A stretch of DNA of 64,000 bases from an uncultured Candidatus Saccharibacteria bacterium (lineage in GTDB: Bacteria > Patescibacteriota > Andersenbacteria > UBA10190): positions 70,021-134,020 of the forward strand of contig CAZSUC010000001.1 in assembly GCA_964610055.1 (NCBI GenBank), in the 5' to 3' direction. Below the pieces are notes generated by a model. The model made no database searches. It had not been told where the DNA came from and saw nothing but the letters and a program-made list of their open reading frames with translations. Of this stretch, positions 37,993 to 48,280 are shown in pieces (position 1 is the first letter of the stretch; every line of letters starts with the position of its first letter). The position numbers and the translations under genes are program-made.

Positions 37993-39557
37993 TGGTCAGG
38001 GAATAAACTGCAAAACGCATCCCCTAATGAATTTTGAATACTGCTCCAGATATCATCTACGCTAACACAAAAACCACAGCTATCGTTTGTGGCTTCATCA
38101 TGACGAAAAGTATCATTTGTTAATGCTAATAAAGCTGCTCGTGATCCACTCTCAAGCTTTGGATCAATTGCACTTACATTAGGAGATAAATCAGTTTTTG
38201 GCTCATCGTAAAAGTCGTACAGTCCGTTATATAATCCAGCAATAACGTCAAAAATACCCGCCACTTCTCCGCTCTCAGAACCTTCGCTTGTCTGGTCACT
38301 ACGTATTCCTTGTACGGTTCCGCTATCGCTACTACCGCGATCAACTAACTGTTGAGATCCTGGTGTATCACCTATTTCCGAATTAGCATATTTCAAATCT
38401 GTCACTTCTCGACTTAACGTGCCCGCTAATTCCCCTAACATGGCAATTTTAGCGCTCGCCGGTGTTGTAATTTCTCGGCTAATTGTTCTGTAATATACTC
38501 CGTTAGCACCTGCTGCATTAGCAGTTGATACTCCTGCTACGGTACCAGAAGTACTACCAGTTGCAATTACTTTTTCAGTATCCGCTTTCGCTCCATCTTG
38601 TTGTTCTGTAGACAATTGGCTCGCAACTTGATCTCCCGCAGAAATAGCACTTGAGAGAAAACTTGTTGGTGCATTCGCTAGTTGAGTAAGTTTATGAAAT
38701 ATTTCATCATCTGGAGCGCTGTCAGATAATGTTATTTCGCCTGTCTCGTCGTCTTCCACTAAATAATCAAATAAATTTGGATCAATTGCGGAATCGGTTT
38801 GAGGCCATGTACTCAAATGATTTACTGCCGCTTGTTGGGTGTCAGTTGTAGCATTTTCTCTTAAAGCAGCTAAGTTTGAATCAAATGGCAAAATATAATT
38901 AGGAGCATCTGAATCAGTCGTATCCGCTGCTTTTGATCTTAAATTTTGATCAGTAGACATGCCAGAATTCATAGCCGCCCCAATCCCAATCTCAATCTGC
39001 GCAGCTTGATTTTGAGCGCTTGTAACAAAAGCCGTGTCCTGATCTTGCAATGGTCCTGCCTCTGTACTACACGCTGCTCGTCCCAAGGCTCTTTCGCAAA
39101 ACACCCGCACCAATTCATCTGTATAATTTCGACGCGCTTTTTCTAGGCTCGATTGCTGTAGCTGATAGGCTGTCCATAAATCATTGCCTTCTAAGGTTAT
39201 ATTTCGCGTCACTACCGCTGCTAAATCCGTTTTAGTCGCATCTAACGCATCGTCTGATTGTGCCTCGAATCCCGCCTCGGTTCTTTTGTCTAATAAACTT
39301 TCTCGTGAAAAACTATCATCTTCATCGGCTGGCTCCACATAATCAGCCTGATCTAAGGCCGCTAAAATATTAAAAAACAATTGTTGTTGCCCTACTGCCG
39401 TGTAAAAAACAGCATGTGGATCAGCATGCGCAGACGGTATTGCACCTAAAAGGCCAAATATTAGCACAAACAATAGAATCAACGCAGTCCCGCGCAATTT
39501 TGTCACACTCAAACTTTGCCTACGGCCAGGCTTTTCCATGCGCTTATTATATACCAT
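37980..39557 (-). CDS. secreted Ser/Thr/Ala-rich protein with Cys-rich C-terminus
   Basis: N-terminal signal/anchor (LILLFVLIFGLLGAIPSAHA). C-terminal SCGFCVSVDD...FCSLFPDQCSS. Confidence 0.4.
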   Translation of the reverse strand: MVYNKRMEKPGRRQSLSVTKLRGTALILLFVLIFGLLGAIPSAHADPHAVFYTAVGQQQLFFNILAALDQADYVEPADEDDSFSRESLLDKRTEAGFEAQSDDALDATKTDLAAVVTRNITLEGNDLWTAYQLQQSSLEKARRNYTDELVRVFCERALGRAACSTEAGPLQDQDTAFVTSAQNQAAQIEIGIGAAMNSGMSTDQNLRSKAADTTDSDAPNYILPFDSNLAALRENATTDTQQAAVNHLSTWPQTDSAIDPNLFDYLVEDDETGEITLSDSAPDDEIFHKLTQLANAPTSFLSSAISAGDQVASQLSTEQQDGAKADTEKVIATGSTSGTVAGVSTANAAGANGVYYRTISREITTPASAKIAMLGELAGTLSREVTDLKYANSEIGDTPGSQQLVDRGSSDSGTVQGIRSDQTSEGSESGEVAGIFDVIAGLYNGLYDFYDEPKTDLSPNVSAIDPKLESGSRAALLALTNDTFRHDEATNDSCGFCVSVDDIWSSIQNSLGDAFCSLFPDQCSS

Positions 39558-40463
39558 TTATGACAGGTTGTATTTCGTTTCTAAGGCAGTAACTGCTTGT
39601 TCTATCTCATTAAACACATCAGCTAAGTCCCCAATCTTTTTAGCCCCAATCAAGCCTTTAACTAAATCACCAGGCATCTCTGTCATCATCTCGACCGCAT
39701 CCGCCAGGGCCGTTGAAGCGGCAATATATTTTTTGTGCAAATCAACCACTTCTTCCGGCGCAGAAATGCTTTTTAGTACTAATACATTTTGACGTAATGC
39801 TAAAAGCATGTTTTTCATTTGATCTGGATCAACCAATTGACGGGCAAACGCCTCTTCAATATCACTGCTGCTCACCGCCGTTAAATCTTTGTTATGAGTA
39901 GCAGAAATACTATCTAAATAAGCTTTAATTGCCTCTGCTCCTGTCGTATTTTCTGTTTTAATATCCGTATCGGATATAGTTGGCAATAATTCGCCCGCAT
40001 TCTCATTTATATATGCTGTAATATTGTCTTCGCTCATAATTTCTGCCTGATCAATATCTCGCGGCAAGCCACTTAAATACTTTCCAGTTTCTGTACTAGT
40101 ATCAAACACAGCCTCACCTGTTTCAGGCTTAATTTCATCGTTTGGACCAGCTGTTAATGGATCTCGCCCTAATTGAATTTCATCTAAGTCATCCACTCCG
40201 TCTGAATCAGTATCAGCATTATTTGGGTCAGTTTGATATAATACTTCAAAGCTATCTGGAATTCCGTCTCCATCAGAATCTGTCGTTCCGGCCACTTCCC
40301 CAGCGTTCGGTGTTGGCGAAGCTTGCGCAATTTGCTGACCCCCGCTGTCTTTAGTTGCTAAATGATACAAGGCGACCCCTCCTTGCCATAAGCCATACGT
40401 CAAACCGAAAGCCATCGCTGTAACCAATGCAGTTGTTAAACCTAGTCTATTCGTTGCTTTCAT
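39558..40463 (-). CDS. secreted protein with thrombospondin-type-3-like Ca-binding Asp repeats (paralogue of 42860-43822)
   Basis: DSDGDGIPDSFEVLYQTDPNNADTDSDGVDDLDEIQLGRDPLTAGPND; signal peptide. Confidence 0.5.
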   Translation of the reverse strand: MKATNRLGLTTALVTAMAFGLTYGLWQGGVALYHLATKDSGGQQIAQASPTPNAGEVAGTTDSDGDGIPDSFEVLYQTDPNNADTDSDGVDDLDEIQLGRDPLTAGPNDEIKPETGEAVFDTSTETGKYLSGLPRDIDQAEIMSEDNITAYINENAGELLPTISDTDIKTENTTGAEAIKAYLDSISATHNKDLTAVSSSDIEEAFARQLVDPDQMKNMLLALRQNVLVLKSISAPEEVVDLHKKYIAASTALADAVEMMTEMPGDLVKGLIGAKKIGDLADVFNEIEQAVTALETKYNLS

Positions 40464-40488
40464 ATAAATTTATCATATCACAATTTTT

Positions 40489-42888
40489 TTAGAGCCAAGG
40501 TTCAGTATGCCTTGTGTCTAACAAACACTCTTCTGTTGAGGTGACATACATGTCCAGCTTTGTAATTGGTTGGCCTGAACCACACGTCGCCACTCCACCA
40601 CCACTGCTCACAACTTCTCCGCAATGACAACTACAATCGGTCGCCCAGTAAGGATCTCCGGGCTCTCCTCCGCATGGCGTTCCTGAAACAGCTGCATCTT
40701 CAATAACCGTATTTTCACCCCCACTAACATATTCTGGAGGGGCGATGACACCAGCTTTAGCTGGCGCATTTCCACCCTCACCCTTTAAAACAAACTCCGG
40801 ATAACCATTCGACTCGCACCAAGTTGTCTCTACCGCCGCCGCAAATTCAGTCGCCTCCATACAGTCTGTCGCCACAGTTTTTGGTGCATCTAAAGCCACT
40901 TCCCAATATTCCAAGCGAATTTTATCATCCGCTGATTTATCATCATCCGCTTGAGTCTCATAAGTTGCTCTCCAAACCGCGTTAAATCCTAGTCGCCATC
41001 TCTCCGGCATTAAAATAATCAAATTATTAAGTGGTTCCTTATCGTCATTATCAAATTGGTCTAAAGCCTGATTAGCTAAATTCTGCCATTCATCTGGGCC
41101 AGAAGTATTATCCTCTCCTGTAAATGTCAAAAATGATAGCTGAGTTTGAGTATAGGTAGTTGTACGATTATCTAAATTTTCTTCATATGCTTGTTTTACT
41201 GCTACTAAGGATGCTTCTAAACCACCGTCATTTGCTTCTCCGGGACAAGCTATCCCAATTGATTCTTTTGCGTTTGCAATCGCCGCCCGCGCAACTGGAT
41301 CAAATTTTTCCTTTCGATCAGTTTGCATCTCAGCATAATTATTAGCCAACTCTTTTTGAGCTGATTCTGTTTGCTGCTGCCAATTACTATAGGCCTGAGT
41401 TAGTTCTTGCCTAGCTGCATCGGTGTCTTTGTTCCCGTCTAACACCGCTCCTAATGTGTCAATAACGCTCTGAGCATGATCATAATATATCTCCCTTAAT
41501 TTTTCTTTAGCTGCAATCTTGTTTTTTATCCCTAATAATTCATTTTCATGAACCAGGGTAGAAAAATTTCTCCCACTTTGCCATAACGGTTTCATATATG
41601 GAGCTGCTGGATCATCTTCGCGCAAGAAAGCATCTTGAAAAGATGGATCAGACACTACGTCATCAGCTAAAACGCTACACTCTCCGGGTAAAATTACCGC
41701 AATCGCTTCTAAAAATCTCTTTCCTAATTTCATGGCTTCATACCATGGCGTGGCCACATCAAATCTATTGCCTAAATCTGGTATTGAATCAACGCACCCA
41801 ACCTCTCCCGGACCGCAAATAATTGCCGGTTGTTTAGAAGCTAGCGGGGCAGAAGAAACATCCGGTGCTGAACAGTCATTACTAGGAATAATATGTGTGG
41901 TCACTGTTTTTTGGGCATTGTCACATTTTGACTTACAGCTATCAAAACAATTCTCCTTACACTCTTCTAAATTATCCTCGCATTGAGCTTTACAAGATTC
42001 TTTGCCACTTGTCCCGTCTGGCGCTTCCAGGTAACACCAATACTCCGGTAATGTATTGGGATCGTCTAACCACTCCCATCCTTCTGGTAAGGTGCCTGGC
42101 CTTATCGGCGGACAAGGTCTTATATATGTTCCCGGTAAGTTCACAATTTCACCACCGCTCAATTCTCCTTCCGTATCTTCGTCTTCTATCTCTTCACAAT
42201 CTTCAATACATATATCATATTCTTTCTCGCATTCCTCATAGCAATTTGGAATACATTTTTCCATGCATCTATATTTGTCATGTAAATTAGCGCAACTATA
42301 AAAAGAAGCCGTTACTTTTGCTGTTGCGGGAGCAATCGCTTCTACAAACGTTACTGTTACAGTTAAATCTAGCTCTTGGCCGGCATTAAAAGCATATAAT
42401 GGGTCATTTAAAAACTCCCCCACCTGCGCGCCCACATAATCATCCGGCAGGTCATTATTAATAATTTTTGCTCCGTCCGGTGCGTCAAAAGTAATTTTTA
42501 AGTTATACGCTGGCCCAGTTCCCACATTACGAATATAAACCCGATAGGTTATCGAATCCCCCTCAATTACGCAATAATCTTTATTAATTAAGAAAATCTC
42601 AATCTCAGGTGAGCCCGCGTTAACGTCACATGATGGCGCTGGCCCTATCATGGCAGCGACGTCTACTCCGTCTGTTGCCGCCTCAACACGTGGATCAGAA
42701 TTAAAATTACGCGAGATATATTTACTAGTAAATTTCTGATAATTAAAATCTTGTGATATTGGTACTGATATTTCTGCTTTTGTTTCCATCGGTAGCCACC
42801 ACCAGCTCAGACCTATCAGTAATCCTGCTAGCCACTTCGCCTTGTTTCGTCTGTGCATACTATTCGACTGAATTGGCCAACCGTTCAA
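40489..42888 (-). CDS. large secreted cysteine-rich acidic protein (799 aa)
   Basis: Signal/anchor at the N-terminus. Dense CxxxC/CxC blocks (CMEKCIPNCYEECEKEYDICIEDCEE, CKAQCEDNLEECKENCFDSCKSKCD). C-terminal CSCHCGEVV...TCGSG. Confidence 0.45.
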   Translation of the reverse strand: MNGWPIQSNSMHRRNKAKWLAGLLIGLSWWWLPMETKAEISVPISQDFNYQKFTSKYISRNFNSDPRVEAATDGVDVAAMIGPAPSCDVNAGSPEIEIFLINKDYCVIEGDSITYRVYIRNVGTGPAYNLKITFDAPDGAKIINNDLPDDYVGAQVGEFLNDPLYAFNAGQELDLTVTVTFVEAIAPATAKVTASFYSCANLHDKYRCMEKCIPNCYEECEKEYDICIEDCEEIEDEDTEGELSGGEIVNLPGTYIRPCPPIRPGTLPEGWEWLDDPNTLPEYWCYLEAPDGTSGKESCKAQCEDNLEECKENCFDSCKSKCDNAQKTVTTHIIPSNDCSAPDVSSAPLASKQPAIICGPGEVGCVDSIPDLGNRFDVATPWYEAMKLGKRFLEAIAVILPGECSVLADDVVSDPSFQDAFLREDDPAAPYMKPLWQSGRNFSTLVHENELLGIKNKIAAKEKLREIYYDHAQSVIDTLGAVLDGNKDTDAARQELTQAYSNWQQQTESAQKELANNYAEMQTDRKEKFDPVARAAIANAKESIGIACPGEANDGGLEASLVAVKQAYEENLDNRTTTYTQTQLSFLTFTGEDNTSGPDEWQNLANQALDQFDNDDKEPLNNLIILMPERWRLGFNAVWRATYETQADDDKSADDKIRLEYWEVALDAPKTVATDCMEATEFAAAVETTWCESNGYPEFVLKGEGGNAPAKAGVIAPPEYVSGGENTVIEDAAVSGTPCGGEPGDPYWATDCSCHCGEVVSSGGGVATCGSGQPITKLDMYVTSTEECLLDTRHTEPWL

Positions 42889-43822
42889 TTTCTTGAGTGA
42901 TCAACGGGTAGTATTGTCTATCAATCGTATCTAACTGTTGTAAAGCCACGAGCGATCTAATTGGATCCGTATTCCATAATGCAATCTCATCTAAAGTCGC
43001 TGCTAATAACTCAGTGTATCCTAATAACAATTTATGTAAGGCAACGGCTGTCGTTGGTGCCTTCTCGTCAAATAAAGATTGCTGATATTGTCTTACTTGC
43101 AAGCTCATAGAATCAATCCTGGCAGTATTATTATTCGTATATAACTCATCTAACGCCTTAGATAAGGTCTGGGAATCGGATAATTGCTGAATAGATCTTG
43201 CCTGATTAAGATATAAACTCAAAGTTAAAGTAGAATTATCAGTTGTTGTTTGAATAGCTGACTCTTGCACGGTTGGCAGCTTAGTAATAATTGATTGGGT
43301 CTGCGCATAAGCAATCATGTTTGCTGTTGTTGTTTCTTCTGTGCTATGAGTTTGAGTGTATGCTTCGGTTAAATTTGATTTCTCGGCATATAAATCTAAG
43401 TCAGATTCAAAATACTGATCTACTTGTAATGGAGCTAAATCTAGCGCTTGCAAATCCTGACCCGGTTCATAATTATCAGGCAAGGTATCATTAGGCCCAG
43501 CAATTGTTGGATTATGTTGGTTAGTCACCTCATCTCCATCTAAATATCCGTCTCCGTCTGTATCTGCTGTATAAGCATCTGTTCCCCATAAAGCCTCATC
43601 AGCATTAATCAATCCATCCTGATCCGCATCACCATTTGGATCTTCTTCTGCTAGTCTTTGTGTTCCTTCGCTCGCAACCAATAATACCGGAGTGCTTGTT
43701 GCAACTTCTGTGGTGTCTGTACTTGTATTACTTCGCAAGCGCTGAATTACCAATACCACCGTGCCTGCTATCATGCCGACAATAAGCACAATTAAAATAC
43801 CCAAAATTAAACGTCGTGGCAT
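42860..43822 (-). CDS. membrane-anchored protein with thrombospondin-type-3-like Ca-binding Asp repeats (paralogue of 39558-40463)
   Basis: N-terminal TM helix; DADQDGLINADEALWGTDAYTADTDGDGYLDGDEVTNQHNPTIAGPND, colinear with the repeat block of the paralogue. Confidence 0.5.
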   Translation of the reverse strand: MPRRLILGILIVLIVGMIAGTVVLVIQRLRSNTSTDTTEVATSTPVLLVASEGTQRLAEEDPNGDADQDGLINADEALWGTDAYTADTDGDGYLDGDEVTNQHNPTIAGPNDTLPDNYEPGQDLQALDLAPLQVDQYFESDLDLYAEKSNLTEAYTQTHSTEETTTANMIAYAQTQSIITKLPTVQESAIQTTTDNSTLTLSLYLNQARSIQQLSDSQTLSKALDELYTNNNTARIDSMSLQVRQYQQSLFDEKAPTTAVALHKLLLGYTELLAATLDEIALWNTDPIRSLVALQQLDTIDRQYYPLITQEIERLANSVE

Positions 43823-43842
43823 AGCCTCTAGTATACCACGAC

Positions 43843-44679
43843 TTACTTAGAATAAAGTGTGTGATATAGATTAACCCACTGTTTTACAGCTAGCTCTTGT
43901 GGGCGTTGTTCCGCCTTAATACCGGCTTTAACCAACATATCTTGCATCACTTCCAGACTAACATTTTGTTCTTTTGCCAGCACTCCCCCCATCTGTTTGC
44001 GCTTATTTTGGAAACACAATTTGGCTAACGCTAAAACTTCCTCTCTTCTTATCGGAGTTAATTGCTCGGTATTTTGTGGAATAATGCGAACAATTGCTGA
44101 TTGAACTTTTGGTTTTGGCCAAAAACAGTCAGCCGAAATCGTATGCACGTATTCTACTCTTCCCCACAATTGAGCTGCTAAACCGATTAAACTCATTTGA
44201 GGCGGACTTGCCGCTAAACGCTCTCCCACTTCTCTTTGGACAATTAAAACCACCTGATCTGGTTGAGGATTTAACTGTGTTATTCTTCGTACGATCCAGC
44301 CTGATAAATTATACGGAATGTTTCCTACGATTTGATATGGCATTTGTTGTGCCCAGATTTCTTTTCTTAAATCCCCTTCAATCACTTCTAAAGAATTTCC
44401 CGCTGTTTCGCCTTCTTTTAACACTTGGAGTAATGTTTTATCCCGTTCAATCGCTCGCACTCTCATTCCTGCCGCCAGCATATCATCAGTTAACGCTCCT
44501 AAGCCTGCTCCTAGCTCAGTGATTGCATGAGCTGCACTCTCTTTTGTTATATCCGCTATCTTTTTTGCTATTTGCGGGCACACTAAAAAATTCTGTCCAT
44601 TTTGCCGCGATGTCATTTGTCCCACCTTTTTAAAAACAGTCTTAATATGTGACGCTTGAAATTTCTGTTCGTGTGTCAT
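43843..44679 (-). CDS. rsmA: 16S rRNA (adenine1518/1519-N6)-dimethyltransferase RsmA/KsgA
   Basis: QNFL...ITELGAGLGALT SAM-binding motif; 278 aa. Confidence 0.85.
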   Translation of the reverse strand: MTHEQKFQASHIKTVFKKVGQMTSRQNGQNFLVCPQIAKKIADITKESAAHAITELGAGLGALTDDMLAAGMRVRAIERDKTLLQVLKEGETAGNSLEVIEGDLRKEIWAQQMPYQIVGNIPYNLSGWIVRRITQLNPQPDQVVLIVQREVGERLAASPPQMSLIGLAAQLWGRVEYVHTISADCFWPKPKVQSAIVRIIPQNTEQLTPIRREEVLALAKLCFQNKRKQMGGVLAKEQNVSLEVMQDMLVKAGIKAEQRPQELAVKQWVNLYHTLYSK

Positions 44680-44680
44680 A

Positions 44681-46804
44681 TTAGCTGGGCTGGCTTATTC
44701 CTGCGTCGACCTGTCTTATCCCGTAACCTTCAAATACACATGTAATTATACTATTCTGCGCCTCAACCACAATTCCGGCTCCAAACACCGGGTGATGAAA
44801 TTGATCCCCAACTTCATATATTGCATATGTCGGCTCACTCTCATCTTGAGTCGTTATGTTTATATATGACGGCGTCTCGTTATCTGTGTCCCATCGCTCT
44901 ACTGTTTCTGGTAAAGCCGTTAAAAATCGAGACGGTTGCTTCCATAATAATTCGCCGTGTAAAGCTCGTTGTTGTGCCCAGGTTAAAACTAATTTTTGTC
45001 GCGCTCTTGTCATGCCTACGTACAGTAGTCGCCGCTCCTCTTCTAAATTTGCCTGGCTATCCACGCTATTTGCGTGTGGCAGTAAATCTTCTTCACAACC
45101 AACTAAATAAACATGTTTAAATTCCAGCCCCTTTGCTGCGTGTAGTGTCATGCACGTCACCTTGTCTTGGCTGTCCGATTTATTTGATTCAGTCGCATCT
45201 AAATCAGTTAACAGGGCTACCTCTTCCATAAATGCCGTAATATCAGCATGTTGGCTCGCAACGTTGAGTAACTGATCAATATTTTCTGCTCGTTCTTCGT
45301 TATCTGGTTGTCGGTTTAAATAAGTTAAATACCCACTTGTTAGCAATAGTTTTTCTAACACCTCCTTAACATTGGCATATGGCTGGCTCGCTATCCGTAA
45401 GGCTCGCTGTAACGGCTGCATACTGGTTATTTGTCGATCAGATAAAACTCCTGGTATTGTTGCCGCTGCCATAATTGATAAGCTGTTATTCTGAGCAGCG
45501 TTCATAATCTTAGCTACGGTTTTAGGGCCAATACCGCTCATAAAATTTTTCGCCAATCTTTGAAAAGCCAATGCCGCGTTTGGATTAACGGCTAGATGCA
45601 ATAACGCCAACGCATCTTTTATCTCCGCTCGATCATAAAACTTAACTCCGCCTACAATTACATACGGTACGCTATGCCGGACGAACTCTTCTTCAAATAG
45701 TCGTGATTGAGCATTGGTACGATACAATATCGCAATATCGGTTGGGCGCCCTCCTTCTGTTAAGTGTGCTTTAATTTGCTGCCTAACCCACGCGGCCTCT
45801 TGTTTGTCTGATGGCAAATTAATTACTTGTACTGCTTCCCCGTTTTTAGCTTCTGTCCATAATTCCTTATGCTTTTGTTCTTGATTTTCTTTAATCACCT
45901 CATTTGCTGCCTTCAGGATCGCCCCAGTTGAACGGTAGTTTTGTGTTAGATATATAATCTTGCATCCCGGGAAATGTTCTTCAAATCTTAAAATATGATC
46001 CACTCTTGCTCCTCTCCAGGAATAAATAGCTTGATAATCATCACCTACCGCGCATAGATTCTGATCCTGACTAAGCAATAATCGTAACAATTCGTCTTGC
46101 ACTTGATTGGTGTCCTGATATTCATCTACTGACAAATATCGCCAACGTTGCTGGTAAAGTTGGCGCACCTTTTCGTTGTCTCGCAGTAATTTTAAGGGCT
46201 CTAAGATTAAATCATCAAAATCAAAGCAATCTTGTTTTTGTAATTGGGCTGAATATTTTCCGTACACCTGAGCCGCAACTTCGATTAGCTGTCCGTTACG
46301 TTGTGTGAGCAATTGTTCTGGCGATAAGCCATCATTTTTTGCTCGTGAAATCACGCCGCGGATTGATTTTGGTGTCCATTGTTTCGGATTAATATTTAAA
46401 GCTAACATGATTTGTTTAACCATTCTTTCTCCGTCCTGAGTATCTAAAATTGTAAAGCTAGGAGACCGGTTAATCTGATTATGTTGTTCTCTGAGCATCC
46501 TCGCTCCTAAACTATGAAAAGTGCCAATCGCTATCGGCAAATGCTCCGCTCCTCCTAAAAGAACCGCTAGTCTTTCCTTCATTTCTCGCGCTGCTTTATT
46601 CGTAAAAGTCACTGCCATAACCTCGCTCTTATTCGCTATATTTTGCGCTAATAAGTTTGCTATTCTATGTGTCAAAGTTCGGGTTTTGCCAGACCCAGCT
46701 CCCGCTAAAATCAAAACTGGGCCTTCTAGGGTTTCAGCTGCTTCTCTCTGCTTTTCGTTTAAGCCATCTAATGGATTGGACATAGTGCCAATTGTAAATG
46801 ACAA
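44681..46804 (-). CDS. UvrD/PcrA-family ATP-dependent DNA helicase
   Basis: Walker A AGAGSGKTRTLTHRIA; helicase motifs throughout; C-terminal Tudor-like tail; 707 aa. Confidence 0.9.
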   Translation of the reverse strand: MSFTIGTMSNPLDGLNEKQREAAETLEGPVLILAGAGSGKTRTLTHRIANLLAQNIANKSEVMAVTFTNKAAREMKERLAVLLGGAEHLPIAIGTFHSLGARMLREQHNQINRSPSFTILDTQDGERMVKQIMLALNINPKQWTPKSIRGVISRAKNDGLSPEQLLTQRNGQLIEVAAQVYGKYSAQLQKQDCFDFDDLILEPLKLLRDNEKVRQLYQQRWRYLSVDEYQDTNQVQDELLRLLLSQDQNLCAVGDDYQAIYSWRGARVDHILRFEEHFPGCKIIYLTQNYRSTGAILKAANEVIKENQEQKHKELWTEAKNGEAVQVINLPSDKQEAAWVRQQIKAHLTEGGRPTDIAILYRTNAQSRLFEEEFVRHSVPYVIVGGVKFYDRAEIKDALALLHLAVNPNAALAFQRLAKNFMSGIGPKTVAKIMNAAQNNSLSIMAAATIPGVLSDRQITSMQPLQRALRIASQPYANVKEVLEKLLLTSGYLTYLNRQPDNEERAENIDQLLNVASQHADITAFMEEVALLTDLDATESNKSDSQDKVTCMTLHAAKGLEFKHVYLVGCEEDLLPHANSVDSQANLEEERRLLYVGMTRARQKLVLTWAQQRALHGELLWKQPSRFLTALPETVERWDTDNETPSYINITTQDESEPTYAIYEVGDQFHHPVFGAGIVVEAQNSIITCVFEGYGIRQVDAGISQPS

Positions 46805-46844
46805 GGCTTTTTTTGTCGCTTAAATCACGCAATAATTTTAAATA

Positions 46845-48269
46845 ATGTCAAGATTGTATCATGCTTCTAGGTCTGGTATTATGCCTCAACGTAACAGTAA
46901 ACACCTAATACCAAACTTATCTTTACAGCGGGGTGCGTGCGCAGGAAAGATTTTAGCGAGGGGACCGCATCCTTATAAAGGGGTTTTCGGTATTTTACAT
47001 CGTCCACAACATTCTTTAGATTCGTCTAAAGAGCATTTGCCAGGACTCGAGGAGGAAAAAGCAGAGCGTCAATCACGCTCTTCTCGCCGTCATTTAGTCT
47101 CGTTACAGTCACAACGGAGTACAGTTAATTTTAACCTAATTAAAGCACTTACCTCTAAAAAAACAGCGGTTCATGCCGCTTTTTTGCTTTTAATTATAAT
47201 CACTGTTTTTCAGGGTCGATCCATGTCAGGCGCCACTGACACCTCTATGCTATATAACCTGATTGCCGGTGATGAAATAGTTGAAGGTCCTCTTGATCCT
47301 TCAGCTTATGCCCAAACCGACGCTCCTGGCATTGGCGGAGCTCGTTTAGCCGCTGCTGAAGGTGGATTATCTGTTGAGATTATTACTTTTGATGATCCTG
47401 AGGTTGAGTTTGCCGCCACTTTAGGCGGCAATGCTGTGATTGCTCCGCTTTCTCCTATTGTCGCTGAGCCCGGGTCTAACGAAGAATCAGAAACTAGCTC
47501 AGACGATAGCCAGAAGAAAACTGAACCGTTTATCTACACCGTTGAAGACGGCGATACTATCGCTGGGATTGCTGCCAAATTTGATATCAGCACTAATACT
47601 GTCTTATGGGCTAACGGGCTTTCTAGTCGTGATGTTATTAATACCGGTGATCATCTTACTATCCTGCCTACTACTGGTGTCTTGCATACCGTTAAGTCCG
47701 GTGAAACTATCTCTGAAATTGCTGAAGAATATGATGTCGATGCTGACGAAATTGTTGCTTTTAATAACATCGACGAATCCAAAATTCGTATTGGACAAAA
47801 ATTAATCATTCCGGATGGATATATCCAATCAACTTCGTCATCGAGCAGCTCTAGTAGTAATCCAGTCGCCACTGTTGATGATGGCCCTGTTCCTGCTTCC
47901 GCCACGGTTACTGGTTCTGGTCTAGTCTGGCCAACAACAACCAAGCATATTTCTCAATACTTTGTCTGGGGTCATACTGGAATCGATATTGATAATCGTG
48001 CTAAACCTCCGGTCTATGCTGCTGCCTCTGGTACAGTTGAGTATGCTGGTTGGCTTGGCGGTTATGGTAATCTCATCATCATTAACCATGGCAATGGTTT
48101 GCAAACCTATTATGCTCACTTAGAGAAGTTCTATGTTAGCAAAGGCGAAACCGTAACCGCCGGAGCTGCTATCGCCAAGATGGGCTCCACTGGTCGTTCC
48201 ACCGGTCCTCACTTGCACTTTGAAGTTCGTCGTAACGGCTCCCCTATCAATCCGTTAGGAATGTTTTAA
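46845..48269 (+). CDS. peptidoglycan hydrolase with two LysM domains and a C-terminal M23 metallopeptidase domain
   Basis: LysM (YTVEDGDTIAGIAAKFDIS...; HTVKSGETISEIAEEYDVD...). M23 (HTGIDID...HLHFEV). Long N-terminal region with one TM segment; the exact start is uncertain. Confidence 0.8.
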   Translation: MSRLYHASRSGIMPQRNSKHLIPNLSLQRGACAGKILARGPHPYKGVFGILHRPQHSLDSSKEHLPGLEEEKAERQSRSSRRHLVSLQSQRSTVNFNLIKALTSKKTAVHAAFLLLIIITVFQGRSMSGATDTSMLYNLIAGDEIVEGPLDPSAYAQTDAPGIGGARLAAAEGGLSVEIITFDDPEVEFAATLGGNAVIAPLSPIVAEPGSNEESETSSDDSQKKTEPFIYTVEDGDTIAGIAAKFDISTNTVLWANGLSSRDVINTGDHLTILPTTGVLHTVKSGETISEIAEEYDVDADEIVAFNNIDESKIRIGQKLIIPDGYIQSTSSSSSSSSNPVATVDDGPVPASATVTGSGLVWPTTTKHISQYFVWGHTGIDIDNRAKPPVYAAASGTVEYAGWLGGYGNLIIINHGNGLQTYYAHLEKFYVSKGETVTAGAAIAKMGSTGRSTGPHLHFEVRRNGSPINPLGMF

Positions 48270-48280
48270 AATCGCGCTGG

